From positions 1-10,889 of the forward strand of contig CAYPLO010000054.1 of assembly GCA_964411615.1 (NCBI GenBank): a stretch of DNA of 10,889 nucleotides, read 5' to 3'. Positions 1-8,299 of the stretch are shown here, piece by piece. The first letter of the stretch is position 1. Each line of letters starts with the position of its first letter. Made by a program: the position numbers and the translations under genes. The notes beneath the pieces are model-generated. The model was not told the DNA's origin. It did not search any database and saw nothing but the letters and a program-made list of their open reading frames with translations. Origin of the DNA: an uncultured Aquificales bacterium (GTDB lineage Bacteria > Thermosulfidibacterota > Thermosulfidibacteria > Thermosulfidibacterales > Thermosulfidibacteraceae).

Positions 1-350
1 ACCACCTCCACCCCACACTCCATAAGAAGTATCTGGGTGAGGGGATTCCCCGTGTAGGCCCTCTCAAAGGGTGGCAGAAGAGAACGGATGTGGGAGGCCC
101 ATACAGCGTTGTTCTCAATATTGGGATACGAGGTTATATAGATTCTGGCCATATCCAGCCCTGCCTCCCTTAGGGCCTCGTGTATCATCCACATCCTCTC
201 CCCTGCTGTGAACGGGCTCTTCACGTGGTAGTTGAAGTTGGCGGAACCTATGGCGATTATGAGCTCGTCATTCTCTGATAGTATCCTCTTCACAACCTCA
301 AGATGCCCCAGATGGAAGGGCTGAAATCTACCCATGTAAAGGGCCCTCAT
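1..350 (-). CDS. nadM: Nicotinamide-nucleotide adenylyltransferase, archaeal NadM type (N-terminal 116 aa; runs off the window)
   Basis: Absent from the ORF track. Manual translation from ATG at 350: [116 protein letters not shown]. It has GRFQPFHxGH (HxGH nucleotidyltransferase motif), IGSA, PFTAGER, the W and GNPL motifs typical of archaeal NMNATs. The ATG overlaps the selD stop (ATGA, 347-350). Confidence 0.92.
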   Translation of the reverse strand, partial: MRALYMGRFQPFHLGHLEVVKRILSENDELIIAIGSANFNYHVKSPFTAGERMWMIHEALREAGLDMARIYITSYPNIENNAVWASHIRSLLPPFERAYTGNPLTQILLMECGVEV

Positions 351-1339
351 ACTACTACCACCTTCCCCGTGCCCCTTTTGATGTATCCTATGCAGGGGTA
401 ATTATACCTGGAAGAGGCCTCCTCTGGAAGGGCCACAAGGAGTCCTCCGGAAGTCTGGGGGTCAAACAGAAGCATCTCCAAGTCCCCCACATCCCTCTCA
501 AAGACCACACGCCCGCCTGCGTAACTCCGGTTTCTGTAGGTGGCCTCAGGGATAAGCCCCATGGCCACATACTCATAGGCCTCCTCCAGCACAGGCACCC
601 TATCGGCGTATATCACCATGTCGTATTCCCCGGAAGAGACCATCTCAAGGGCGTGCCCCAGAAGTCCAAAGCCCGTGACATCCGTGGCCGCAAGGGCACC
701 GAGCTCAAGCATCCTCTGGGCAGCATCCCTGTTAAGCTCAACCATAACCTCAACGGCCCTTGACACGGCAGCTTCCGAAGCCATATCCCCCTTGAGGGCC
801 GTTATTATGGGACCTGTCCCCACCGGTTTTGTAAGGTGTATGAAGGCCCCCCCAGACAGGGTTGAGTTCTTCACCACCCTGTCCGGATGGACCCTTCCCA
901 CAACGCAAAGGCCATACTTGGGCTCCCTGTCGTCAACGGTGTGTCCACCGAGCACCATAGCACCGGACTCGGCAACCTTTGAAGCACCCCCTTCAATAAC
1001 CCTGCCCGCAACCTCAGGGGGCAGGGAACAGGGAAAACAGAGGATGTTCAGGGCAAACCAGGGCTCACCGCCCATGGCGTAAACATCGCTCAGGGCGTTG
1101 GCGGCGGCTATCTGGCCGAAGATGAAGGGGTCATCCACAACGGGGGTTATCACATCGATGGTGGCCACCAAGGCAAGCTCCGGAGAGACCCTGACCACAG
1201 CGGCATCCTCAAATCCACCGGCTCCAGCTATAACATCCCCACCTGTGTGAAGCTCCACCTTTTCCAGTATACGGGCCAGCTCCGCCGGCCCCACCTTTGC
1301 CCCTCAGCCCGAGGCTCTAACCATCTGGGTAAGGCGCAT
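347..1339 (-). CDS. selD: Selenide, water dikinase (selenophosphate synthetase), selenocysteine-containing, 330 aa
   Basis: The track ORF (GTG 1294) is N-terminally truncated. The frame continues upstream through TGA (1306-1304) to ATG 1339: [21 protein letters not shown], placing UGA at the catalytic C/U-x-x-K site. Body motifs: [55 protein letters not shown]. Confidence 0.96.
1273..1291 (-). promoter_or_regulatory. Putative bacterial SECIS hairpin of selD
   Basis: The mRNA reads UGA GGGGCAAAGGUG GGGCCGGC-GGA-GCUGGCCC. This gives an 8-bp stem (7 G-C, 1 G-U) with a G-starting apical loop 20 nt after the UGA, matching the general bacterial SECIS geometry. Confidence 0.75.
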
Positions 1340-1911
1340 CACAGCCTCACCACATCCTCAGCATCCATAAGGGCCTCAACGGTATCGTACATGTTGGTCA
1401 CCTTACCAACCGCCAGCTTATCCTTTAATCCGAAGTAATCGAGGCACGTGCCGCAGGAGTATATCTCTATCCCCAGCTCCTCAAGCTCCTTAAGCACATC
1501 TATCAGCTTTGAACCCTGGGTGGTAAGAAACACACCCCTGTTTATGAAGATTATCCTGTCAGGCTTCTGGGAGGACTCCTTGAGGGTGGAGAAGAAGGCC
1601 CTCATGAGAATATCCCCCAGCTCCCTCTCCTCACCCATAGAATCCGAAAGCACAAGGAGCACCTTCTTCTTGCTTTCGGAAACAGAAGGCACCTGGCATG
1701 TGAACCCCTTGGTTATGAGCAATCTCCAGTACCCCTCCTCCTTCCTCACCTCAACGGTGCAGCCCTGCCTCTCGGCAAACCTCTTCACATTCTCCCTTGA
1801 AGCCTCACTGTCCACAAGAACCTCAACGACCCCCTCTCCAACGGCGTCCAGCGCCTCTTTTGTCTTGAGAACCGGCTTCGGACAGGGAAGTCCCCTGGCA
1901 TCAACAACCAT
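1339..1911 (-). CDS. yedF: Sulfurtransferase-like selenium metabolism protein YedF (TusA/SirA + DsrE-like domains)
   Basis: N-terminal [11 protein letters not shown] (TusA CPxP motif). C-terminal DsrE-like domain with [30 protein letters not shown] and [13 protein letters not shown] lies upstream; the stop overlaps the selD ATG (TGATG). Confidence 0.9.
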   Translation of the reverse strand: MVVDARGLPCPKPVLKTKEALDAVGEGVVEVLVDSEASRENVKRFAERQGCTVEVRKEEGYWRLLITKGFTCQVPSVSESKKKVLLVLSDSMGEERELGDILMRAFFSTLKESSQKPDRIIFINRGVFLTTQGSKLIDVLKELEELGIEIYSCGTCLDYFGLKDKLAVGKVTNMYDTVEALMDAEDVVRL

Positions 1912-3061
1912 GAGCGCCCTCCGCTATCCTTGATATGGCATTGACAACGTACTCAACATCATCAGGCGTGTTGAAGGGACCGAGAGACAGCCTGACGGTC
2001 CCCACAGGATAGGTGCCTATGCACCTGTGGGCCCAGGGGGCACAGTGGAGCCCGTGCCTCGTGGCTATACCATACTCCCTGTCCAGAATTTCCGCCACAG
2101 AGGCAGGGTCCATCCCCTCAACGTTAAAGGAGACCACAGCAACACGGGCAGCAGGTTCACCGGAACCGTAAACAACCACACCTCTAATGCTGGAAAGCCC
2201 CTCAAGCAACCCTTCGATAAGCTCCAGCTCGTGCCTCCTTATGGCGTCAATGCCCTTCTCTCTAAGCCACCCTAAGGCGGCGTTAAGCCCAGCTATACCG
2301 TGAACGTTCAGGGTTCCGCTCTCGTACCTGTCGGGGAGAAAATCAGGCTGCTCATCCTTTTCAGAGAGGCTACCGGTCCCCCCCATCATGAGGGGCTCAA
2401 AGTCAATCCCCTCAGGCAGGTAAAAGCCACCGGTTCCCTGGGGACCGAGAAGGGACTTATGGCCGGTGAAAAGGAGTATAACGTTATCCAGCCCATCAAC
2501 GGTGAAGGGATAACATCCAAAGGTCTGGGTGGCATCAAGAACCAGAGGAACGGGCCTGACTCTAACCGCCACCTCCTCAAAGGGGAAGATGCTTCCCACC
2601 ACGTTGCTTCCATGATTCACAAAGACGGCTATTGTATCCCCATCCACCGCATCAAGAACATCACCCACCTCAACCCTGCCATCGCCTCCAACCACCCTCA
2701 GCTCAATCCCCCTCCTCCTGCACCAGTACTTAAGGGGCCTTGCAACGGCGTTGTGCTCAAAGGAGGTGGCCACAACGTTGCCACCATCGGCCCGGGAGAG
2801 AAGTCCGAATATCACGTAGTTGGCCGCCTCGGTGGCGTTCTTGGTGAAGATAACCCTGTCAACCTGAGAAACCCCCATGAGTTCAGCAAGCCTCCTCCTG
2901 CAGGAGAAGACTATGCGGGCAGCCTCAACGGAGAGGGTGTGTCCGGACCTTCCCGGGTTGGCACCGATATTCTTAGCGTAATTTAGAAGCGCATCCCACA
3001 CCACGGGAGGCTTGGGAAAGGAGGTTGCGGCGTTGTCAAGATATACGACGGAGCCCCTCAT
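1901..3061 (-). CDS. Class II cysteine desulfurase / selenocysteine lyase-like PLP enzyme (aminotransferase class V), 386 aa
   Basis: Motifs [39 protein letters not shown] lysine in TGHK, YESGT and catalytic RHGLHCA. The start is placed at ATG 3061 ([13 protein letters not shown]) because homologs begin just before YLDNAAT; the track start at 3112 overlaps the DUF3343 gene by 77 bp. Confidence 0.9.
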   Translation of the reverse strand: MRGSVVYLDNAATSFPKPPVVWDALLNYAKNIGANPGRSGHTLSVEAARIVFSCRRRLAELMGVSQVDRVIFTKNATEAANYVIFGLLSRADGGNVVATSFEHNAVARPLKYWCRRRGIELRVVGGDGRVEVGDVLDAVDGDTIAVFVNHGSNVVGSIFPFEEVAVRVRPVPLVLDATQTFGCYPFTVDGLDNVILLFTGHKSLLGPQGTGGFYLPEGIDFEPLMMGGTGSLSEKDEQPDFLPDRYESGTLNVHGIAGLNAALGWLREKGIDAIRRHELELIEGLLEGLSSIRGVVVYGSGEPAARVAVVSFNVEGMDPASVAEILDREYGIATRHGLHCAPWAHRCIGTYPVGTVRLSLGPFNTPDDVEYVVNAISRIAEGAHGC

Positions 3062-3257
3062 CGTAAACTGCCACGGGAGAAAGCTCCCCCAAACATTCAA
3101 GGGCCCTATCAAGCTCCTCCGTCCTTACACACACACCGCACTGGCTGGATATGGCCTTGGGAACGGGCACAATCTCGTAGGAGACACCGCAACGGGAGAG
3201 CCTCACATCAGCATCCATGACCTGGGTCACCCCTTTGAAGAGGATGTAATAAACCAT
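3036..3257 (-). CDS. DUF3343 family protein (putative Se/S carrier), 73 aa
   Basis: [20 protein letters not shown]...[17 protein letters not shown] fits the DUF3343 pattern (xLF...P.P..IS..CG). Its position next to the desulfurase, yedF and selD supports the call. Confidence 0.82.
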   Translation of the reverse strand: MVYYILFKGVTQVMDADVRLSRCGVSYEIVPVPKAISSQCGVCVRTEELDRALECLGELSPVAVYDEGLRRIS

Positions 3258-3270
3258 GGCCTATAAGGCA

Positions 3271-3289
3271 AATAGTGATTCTCAATAGA
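3271..3289. promoter_or_regulatory. Fur-box-like palindromic operator upstream of the selenium module
   Basis: The minus strand reads TCTATTGAGAATCACTATT, 13/19 identical to the Fur consensus GATAATGATAATCATTATC. The core dyad is TATTGA-GAA-TCACTA, lying 13 bp before the DUF3343 ATG in an AT-rich 43-bp gap. Confidence 0.4.
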
Positions 3290-3300
3290 TATTGTCGTGG

Positions 3301-4488
3301 TTAATTGGCAAGGCCTCCCCTGAGGTTCAGAGAGGCCACCTTCTCCTCAAGCATGTCAAGCTGGGCCCTTATATACTCCAGGGCCTTACCCCTCACACGC
3401 CTCCTCACAACCTTGTACACCCTGTACTTGGAGTGCCTCCTGAGGAAGGTGAGGGGATTAACAAACCTCCCGTGGACCTTTATCCTGAAGTCAAGGTGCG
3501 GACCTGTGGCAAGGCCCGACATCCCCACATAGCCTATAACCTGCCCCTTCTTAACCCTCTGTCCAACCCTGAGCCCTCTGGCGTACCTGCTCATGTGGGC
3601 GTACTGGGTGATGATACCCCCTTTGTGCCTTATCTTAACCGTCCTGCCGTAGCCCCCTATCCATCCCTTCCATATGACAACCCCATCAGCCACACTCTTG
3701 ATGGGCGTCCCCATGGGAGCCGCGTAGTCCACCCCCAGATGGGGCCTCACTATACCCAGTATGGGATGTAGCCTGTGCCACGTGAACCTGCTTGAAATCC
3801 TCCTGTACCTTAAAGGAGCCCTCAACCAGCCCGCATCTATGGGTGATGCCAGGAACCTGCCCACAAGGGAGACCCCACGGTGGTCGTAGTAAGCCCCCTT
3901 GTAATAGACTGCGTCCGCCTTAACCACCTTCCCCTCGTACTTGGCAACCAGAATCTTCCCGTACCTTTCGTTGCCCATGCCGTCCTTGAGATACTCGCAG
4001 ACGAAGGCGTAGTAGTCTCCGGGCCTCGTCCAGGTGTGAAAGTCTATCCTGTGTCTGAAAATCCTCACAAACTGATGGGCCAGGGAGGCATCCCCGGTCT
4101 TTGAGTAGATGGAGTAGAAGACAGAGTCTCCGTCCCCCAGTATTCCGTACACAAAGCGACGCTCTACCTTAACCGGTATCTTCTGGCTGGCAACAGCAAG
4201 CTCCCTCAGGTCCACCCTGTAGACCCTTCCCACATCCTCAGGCACCACAAGGGCAACAGGTATCCCCTGCTCCCAGTCTATGTAGTAGGTGAAACCGGGA
4301 GTTATGCTCGCAACGTTCTTATATCTGGAGAGGACGGAAGCAACAAGAACGGCCTCGTCCCTGCTTATGTAATGGTCAACCAAGGAATCCACAAAGCTCT
4401 CTCCCTTTTCAACCACCACCTTCTCAAGCTCAGCATAGGCGGGAAACACCAGCAGAAGCCCAAGGACAACCCCAAGAAGTCTCCTCAT
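3301..4488 (-). CDS. M23-family peptidoglycan DD-metalloendopeptidase (MepM/Csd3-like), secreted
   Basis: Signal peptide [20 protein letters not shown]23 motifs RISSRF, HPILG, HLGVD (HxxxD), [18 protein letters not shown] and TGPHLDF. SD GGAGG at 4499-4495. Confidence 0.9.
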   Translation of the reverse strand: MRRLLGVVLGLLLVFPAYAELEKVVVEKGESFVDSLVDHYISRDEAVLVASVLSRYKNVASITPGFTYYIDWEQGIPVALVVPEDVGRVYRVDLRELAVASQKIPVKVERRFVYGILGDGDSVFYSIYSKTGDASLAHQFVRIFRHRIDFHTWTRPGDYYAFVCEYLKDGMGNERYGKILVAKYEGKVVKADAVYYKGAYYDHRGVSLVGRFLASPIDAGWLRAPLRYRRISSRFTWHRLHPILGIVRPHLGVDYAAPMGTPIKSVADGVVIWKGWIGGYGRTVKIRHKGGIITQYAHMSRYARGLRVGQRVKKGQVIGYVGMSGLATGPHLDFRIKVHGRFVNPLTFLRRHSKYRVYKVVRRRVRGKALEYIRAQLDMLEEKVASLNLRGGLAN

Positions 4489-4507
4489 CCCAGACCTCCA
4501 CTACAAC

Positions 4508-4536
4508 AGCATACCAGAACCGCCTCCCAAGTTCAA
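4508..4536 (-). promoter_or_regulatory. Putative internal sigma70 promoter ahead of the M23 gene
   Basis: TTGAAC (4536-4531), a 17-nt spacer ending in TGG (extended -10 TGn), then TATGCT (4513-4508). SD and ATG 4488 follow closely. Confidence 0.55.
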
Positions 4537-5312
4537 TCAAAAAGCACCCTCAAGGGCTCTCCACTCCAGCCAGAGGCCTCAAGGGCACTTCCCATATACA
4601 CAAAGACCTCAAGATGGCCGAAACTGTCCACAATGGCACAGAGCCCCTTTCCCCTACCCTCCTCAAAGGAGGACACGGGACCGTAAACCTCCCTGTCCCC
4701 AAGCCACATTCCCCTTATCCTCCTGCCCGCTATCAACCCCTCATCCACCGCCGTTATAAGATTGCCGAAGCTGTCGGCAAAGAGCACTTCCCCTTCCACC
4801 ATTTTTTCGGTAACCTTCACCTTGGGAGGGGGTATAAGCACCAGGTCGTGGCATCTTGTCCCCAAGGTGGTCAGTGAAACACCGGAAGCCACAAGGGCAG
4901 CCACCGGCGCAAAGACATCCCTTCCGTGGAAGGTTCTGCTCACAGGCTTCAGAAAGAAGGTATCATCGTCAAGGTGGTACAACCTGTCCCTTTCAGGCTC
5001 GTAAACGTAGGATAGAACGCCGTTATCAGGGGCTACAAAGACGGTCCTTCCCTTCTCAAGGGCTATGGCCCTTCTGGATGTGCCCACCCCAGGGTCAACC
5101 ACAACCAGATGAACACTGCGGTCGGGAAAGAATCTGTAGCACTTGGAGATGATGAATGCGGCCTCTTTCACATTACCGAACCCAACGGTATGGGTAAGGT
5201 CCACCACCTCCACCTGAGGATTTAGGGAGCGTATAACCCCCTTCATAACACCCACAAAACAGCTTCCCGCACCAAAGTCGGTGGTGAGGGTTATCAGTGG
5301 GCCACCCTCCAT
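4533..5312 (-). CDS. SAM hydroxide adenosyltransferase (DUF62; SAM-dependent chlorinase/fluorinase superfamily)
   Basis: Motifs [42 protein letters not shown] and DSFGNLIT. The Asp-Arg-His triad of DUF62 hydrolases is present. Overlaps the cysS end by 19 bp. Confidence 0.9.
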   Translation of the reverse strand: MEGGPLITLTTDFGAGSCFVGVMKGVIRSLNPQVEVVDLTHTVGFGNVKEAAFIISKCYRFFPDRSVHLVVVDPGVGTSRRAIALEKGRTVFVAPDNGVLSYVYEPERDRLYHLDDDTFFLKPVSRTFHGRDVFAPVAALVASGVSLTTLGTRCHDLVLIPPPKVKVTEKMVEGEVLFADSFGNLITAVDEGLIAGRRIRGMWLGDREVYGPVSSFEEGRGKGLCAIVDSFGHLEVFVYMGSALEASGWSGEPLRVLFD

Positions 5313-6742
5313 ACTGTGGTCCCGTCGGGCCTGTCTTCAAGTATTATCCCCTTGCCCTTAAGATACTCCCTTATCTCGTCTGCCCTCTTGTAATCCTTTC
5401 TCCTTCTCGCCTCAGCCCTCTCCGCCACAAGACGCTCTATCTCCTCCTGAGGTATGGGGAGAGGATGGGAACCGGCCCCGAACCACTGGGAGACACTGCG
5501 GGTCAAGATGCCAAAGACATCTTTCAAGTCTCCAAAGAAGCCGTCCATGAGGGCAGCCACCGCCGCCTTCTCCCCAAGGGAGACCCCAGACATATCCACA
5601 AACCTGTTGAAGACCCTGGCCGCTTCAAAGGCCCTCCCCAGGGCAAGGGCGGTGTTCAAATCGTCATCCATAGCCTCAAAGAATTCTTCTTTGAGTCTCC
5701 TAATCTCATCTGCCACTGCAGAAGACTCCGAGGAGAGGCTCTCGGCCCTCCTCTCCCTCATCAGGTCTTCCACCCTCTCCTTTGTCCTGTAGAGCCTGTC
5801 CAGGGCCTCCTTCTCACCCTCCATAAGCTCAAAGGTGAACTCTATGGGACTCCTGTAGTGGGTCTTGAGAAGAAGAAGCCTCAACACCTCAGCATCCCAT
5901 CTTTCAAGCACATCCCTTATGAGGATGATGTTGCCCAGGGACTTGCTCATCTTCTCCTTGCCTATCCTCACAAAGCCATTGTGGACCCAGTACCTAACAA
6001 AGGGTTTACCAGTTGCGCCCTCACTCTGGGCTATCTCGTTCTCGTGGTGGGGGAATATCAGGTCCATACCTCCTCCGTGTATATCAAAGGTCTCCCCAAG
6101 GTACCTCATGGACATGGCCGAGCACTCTATATGCCATCCGGGCCTGCCCTCACCCCACGGGGAAGGCCAGTGGGGCTCACCGGGCTTGGCCCCCTTCCAC
6201 AGGGCAAAGTCCAGAGGGTCCCTCTTCTTCTCATCAACCTCTATCCTGGCCCCGGCGAGCATCTCGTTAATGCTTCTTCCCGAAAGCTTACCGTAGGCTG
6301 GAAACTTCCTCACGGAGTAGTAGACATCCCCATCAACGGCGTAGGCTATACCCCTCTCCTCAAGTCGTTTTATAAGCTCTATCATATCCCCTATGTGCTC
6401 CGTGGCCTTCGGCTCCACATCAGGCCTCAGGGCACCGAGGGCATCCACATCCTGGTAGAAGGCCTCTATAAACCTCTCGGCTATCTCCTTAGAGCTGACC
6501 CCCTCTCTGTTGGCCCTGTCTATTATCTTGTCGTCCACATCTGTAAAGTTCCTGACATAGGTCACCCTGTATCCTTTCTTCTTCAGGTATCTGTAGAGGG
6601 TGTCAAAGACCAGGATAGACCTGGCATGGCCGATGTGGCAGTAGTCGTAAACGGTCACGCCGCATACATACATACCAACCTCCCCCTCCCTCAGGGGGAC
6701 GAACTCCTCCTTTCTCCTGTTCAGGGTGTTGTACAGCCTCAT
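5294..6742 (-). CDS. cysS: Cysteine--tRNA ligase
   Basis: [18 protein letters not shown] (HIGH), [49 protein letters not shown] and MDDDLNT. Confidence 0.99.
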   Translation of the reverse strand: MRLYNTLNRRKEEFVPLREGEVGMYVCGVTVYDYCHIGHARSILVFDTLYRYLKKKGYRVTYVRNFTDVDDKIIDRANREGVSSKEIAERFIEAFYQDVDALGALRPDVEPKATEHIGDMIELIKRLEERGIAYAVDGDVYYSVRKFPAYGKLSGRSINEMLAGARIEVDEKKRDPLDFALWKGAKPGEPHWPSPWGEGRPGWHIECSAMSMRYLGETFDIHGGGMDLIFPHHENEIAQSEGATGKPFVRYWVHNGFVRIGKEKMSKSLGNIILIRDVLERWDAEVLRLLLLKTHYRSPIEFTFELMEGEKEALDRLYRTKERVEDLMRERRAESLSSESSAVADEIRRLKEEFFEAMDDDLNTALALGRAFEAARVFNRFVDMSGVSLGEKAAVAALMDGFFGDLKDVFGILTRSVSQWFGAGSHPLPIPQEEIERLVAERAEARRRKDYKRADEIREYLKGKGIILEDRPDGTTVWRVAH

Positions 6743-7839
6743 TCCTCCACCCCTTTGTAAACCGATAGTCTGCCAGGAACAGAGTCTCCCCTGTATCTTT
6801 CCCTCACCTTCATAATCTCATCAAGGCACCTGAAGAAGGCATCAACTATGATAGGGTCAAAGGCCTTACCCCTTTCCGCCTTTATCATATCCAGCACTTT
6901 ATCCACCTCCATGGCCGGTCTGTACACCCTATCGGAGGTGCAGGCATCAAAGAAGTCTATCACCGTGCATATCCTCGCCTCCAGGGGTATTTCACTCTCC
7001 TTAAGACCGTAGGGATACCCCTTGCCGTCCCACCTCTCGTGGTGGGACAGGGCCACCGTCTCAGCTATCCTCATAACGGGATGCTCACTGCCCTTAAGTA
7101 TCTCCGCCCCAATGATGGTGTGCTTCTTCATTATCTCAAACTCCTTTGGCGTGAGCTTTCCGGGCTTTAGCAGTATACAGTCGGGTATCCCTATCTTGCC
7201 CAGATCGTGAAGGGGCGTGGCGTACTCTATGTGCTTGGCCCTCTCTTCATCCAGGTCCAGCTCCCTGGCCAGAACACCGCACATGATGCCCACCCTCTTG
7301 GTATGCTCTCCCGTCTCATCGTCCCTGAACTCGGCGGCCCTTCCCAGCCTCTGGATAACCTCAAGGTAGGCCCTGTCCAGCTTATTGTAGGCCTCAACCA
7401 GCTCCTTTGTCCTCTCCTCAACCTCCTTCTCCAGGAGGTTGCTGTAGTCCTTGAGGAGGTCGTTGTACTTCTTAACCTTGAGGAGGTTCTGAACCCTTAA
7501 AAGTATTTCACCTTTATCAAAGGGCTTGGTGATAAAGTCGTCCGCACCTGCCCTCAGCCCCTCAACCCTGTGCCCCACATCCCCCAGGGCCGTCACCATC
7601 ACAACGGGTATGGGGAAGGTGTCCGGGTCCTCCTTGAGCTTCTTACAGGCCTCTATGCCGTTCATGACGGGCATGATGATATCAAGGAGTATCACATCGG
7701 GGTGCTCCGACCTTGCCTTCTCTATAGCCTCCTTACCGTTTGTGGCCTCAATCACCTCAAAGCCCGCACTTTCAAAGACTATTTTCAGCAGTTCCCTGTT
7801 AATCTCCTCATCGTCAACCACCAGCACCTTGGGCTTCAA
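6739..7839 (-). CDS. Response regulator with HD-GYP c-di-GMP phosphodiesterase output (RpfG-like)
   Basis: REC domain: [21 protein letters not shown]. Coiled-coil linker. HD-GYP domain: [40 protein letters not shown] start with AGGAGG 7 nt upstream; the stop overlaps the cysS ATG (ATGA). Confidence 0.94.
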   Translation of the reverse strand: MKPKVLVVDDEEINRELLKIVFESAGFEVIEATNGKEAIEKARSEHPDVILLDIIMPVMNGIEACKKLKEDPDTFPIPVVMVTALGDVGHRVEGLRAGADDFITKPFDKGEILLRVQNLLKVKKYNDLLKDYSNLLEKEVEERTKELVEAYNKLDRAYLEVIQRLGRAAEFRDDETGEHTKRVGIMCGVLARELDLDEERAKHIEYATPLHDLGKIGIPDCILLKPGKLTPKEFEIMKKHTIIGAEILKGSEHPVMRIAETVALSHHERWDGKGYPYGLKESEIPLEARICTVIDFFDACTSDRVYRPAMEVDKVLDMIKAERGKAFDPIIVDAFFRCLDEIMKVRERYRGDSVPGRLSVYKGVEE

Positions 7840-7850
7840 TCCACTCCTCC

Positions 7851-7902
7851 TTGAACAAGAAACTTACAACCTTTATATAATTCTGCCGGCGGAGGTAGGC
7901 AA
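7851..7902. promoter_or_regulatory. Putative overlapping divergent sigma70 promoters
   Basis: The only large AT-rich gap, between divergent genes. Plus strand: TTGAAC 7851-7856 and TATAAT 7876-7881. Minus strand: TTGCCT 7902-7897 and TATAAA 7877-7872. Both are centred on the palindrome TTATATAA (7873-7880). Confidence 0.55.
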
Positions 7903-8297
7903 TGGAAGTGTTGAGAATAAAAAGCACCAAAAGGGAGCAGCTGATAGACATAACACCACAGATAAGGGAGTTGGTGCAAAGAAGCGGTGTGAAGAAAGGG
8001 ATATGCTACATCTACAATCCCCACACCACCGCAGGACTCACCATCAACGAACATGCAGACCCGGACGTTGCCTTGGACATAACCGACACCTTAAAAAGGC
8101 TGATTCCACAGGGGGCAGGATACAGGCACGTTGAGGGAAACGCCGACTCCCATGTGAAGGCCACCGTCACGGGCTGCCAGCTGTTCGTCTTCATTGAAGA
8201 GGGAGAACTGGTCCTGGGCACGTGGCAGGGCATATTCTTCTGTGAGTTTGACGGACCGAGGAACCGAAAGGTTTACGTGAAGATTGTGGAGGATTAG
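7902..8297 (+). CDS. yjbQ: YjbQ / UPF0047 family protein (secondary thiamine-phosphate synthase)
   Basis: Motifs [31 protein letters not shown] and [21 protein letters not shown] upstream at 7891-7895. Confidence 0.95.
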   Translation: MEVLRIKSTKREQLIDITPQIRELVQRSGVKKGICYIYNPHTTAGLTINEHADPDVALDITDTLKRLIPQGAGYRHVEGNADSHVKATVTGCQLFVFIEEGELVLGTWQGIFFCEFDGPRNRKVYVKIVED

Positions 8298-8299
8298 CC

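Noticed and set aside
1304..1306. selD as a pseudogene with a premature stop
   Set aside because: The UGA falls exactly on the catalytic Cys/Sec position, has a SECIS-like hairpin, and the rest of the gene is intact.
1880..1912. The desulfurase ends ...His-Gly-Cys-UGA-Cys, resembling a C-terminal Gly-Cys-Sec redox motif, with a small CAGGG/CCCTG hairpin after it
   Set aside because: The sequence is dictated by the overlapping yedF start (ATG GTT GTT GAT GCC). The hairpin loop is only about 8-9 nt from the UGA, too close for a SECIS, and the protein is already full length.
618..5004. Multiple plus-strand ORFs (618-1082, 1448-1933, 2300-2986, 3292-3771 and others)
   Set aside because: All are antisense shadows of well-supported minus-strand genes, with Ser/Pro/Thr- or His/Pro-rich low-information translations.
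4533..5312. Halogenase or natural-product biosynthetic cluster
   Set aside because: The DUF62 hydrolase triad is present and there are no biosynthetic genes nearby.
5297..6760. 487-aa ORF antisense to cysS
   Set aside because: It mirrors cysS almost end to end, has no recognisable motifs, and is explained by codon bias leaving an antisense frame stop-free.
7836..8054. 72-aa minus-strand ORF whose stop overlaps the HD-GYP start
   Set aside because: It is antisense to yjbQ for most of its length, crosses the promoter region, and has no recognisable protein features.
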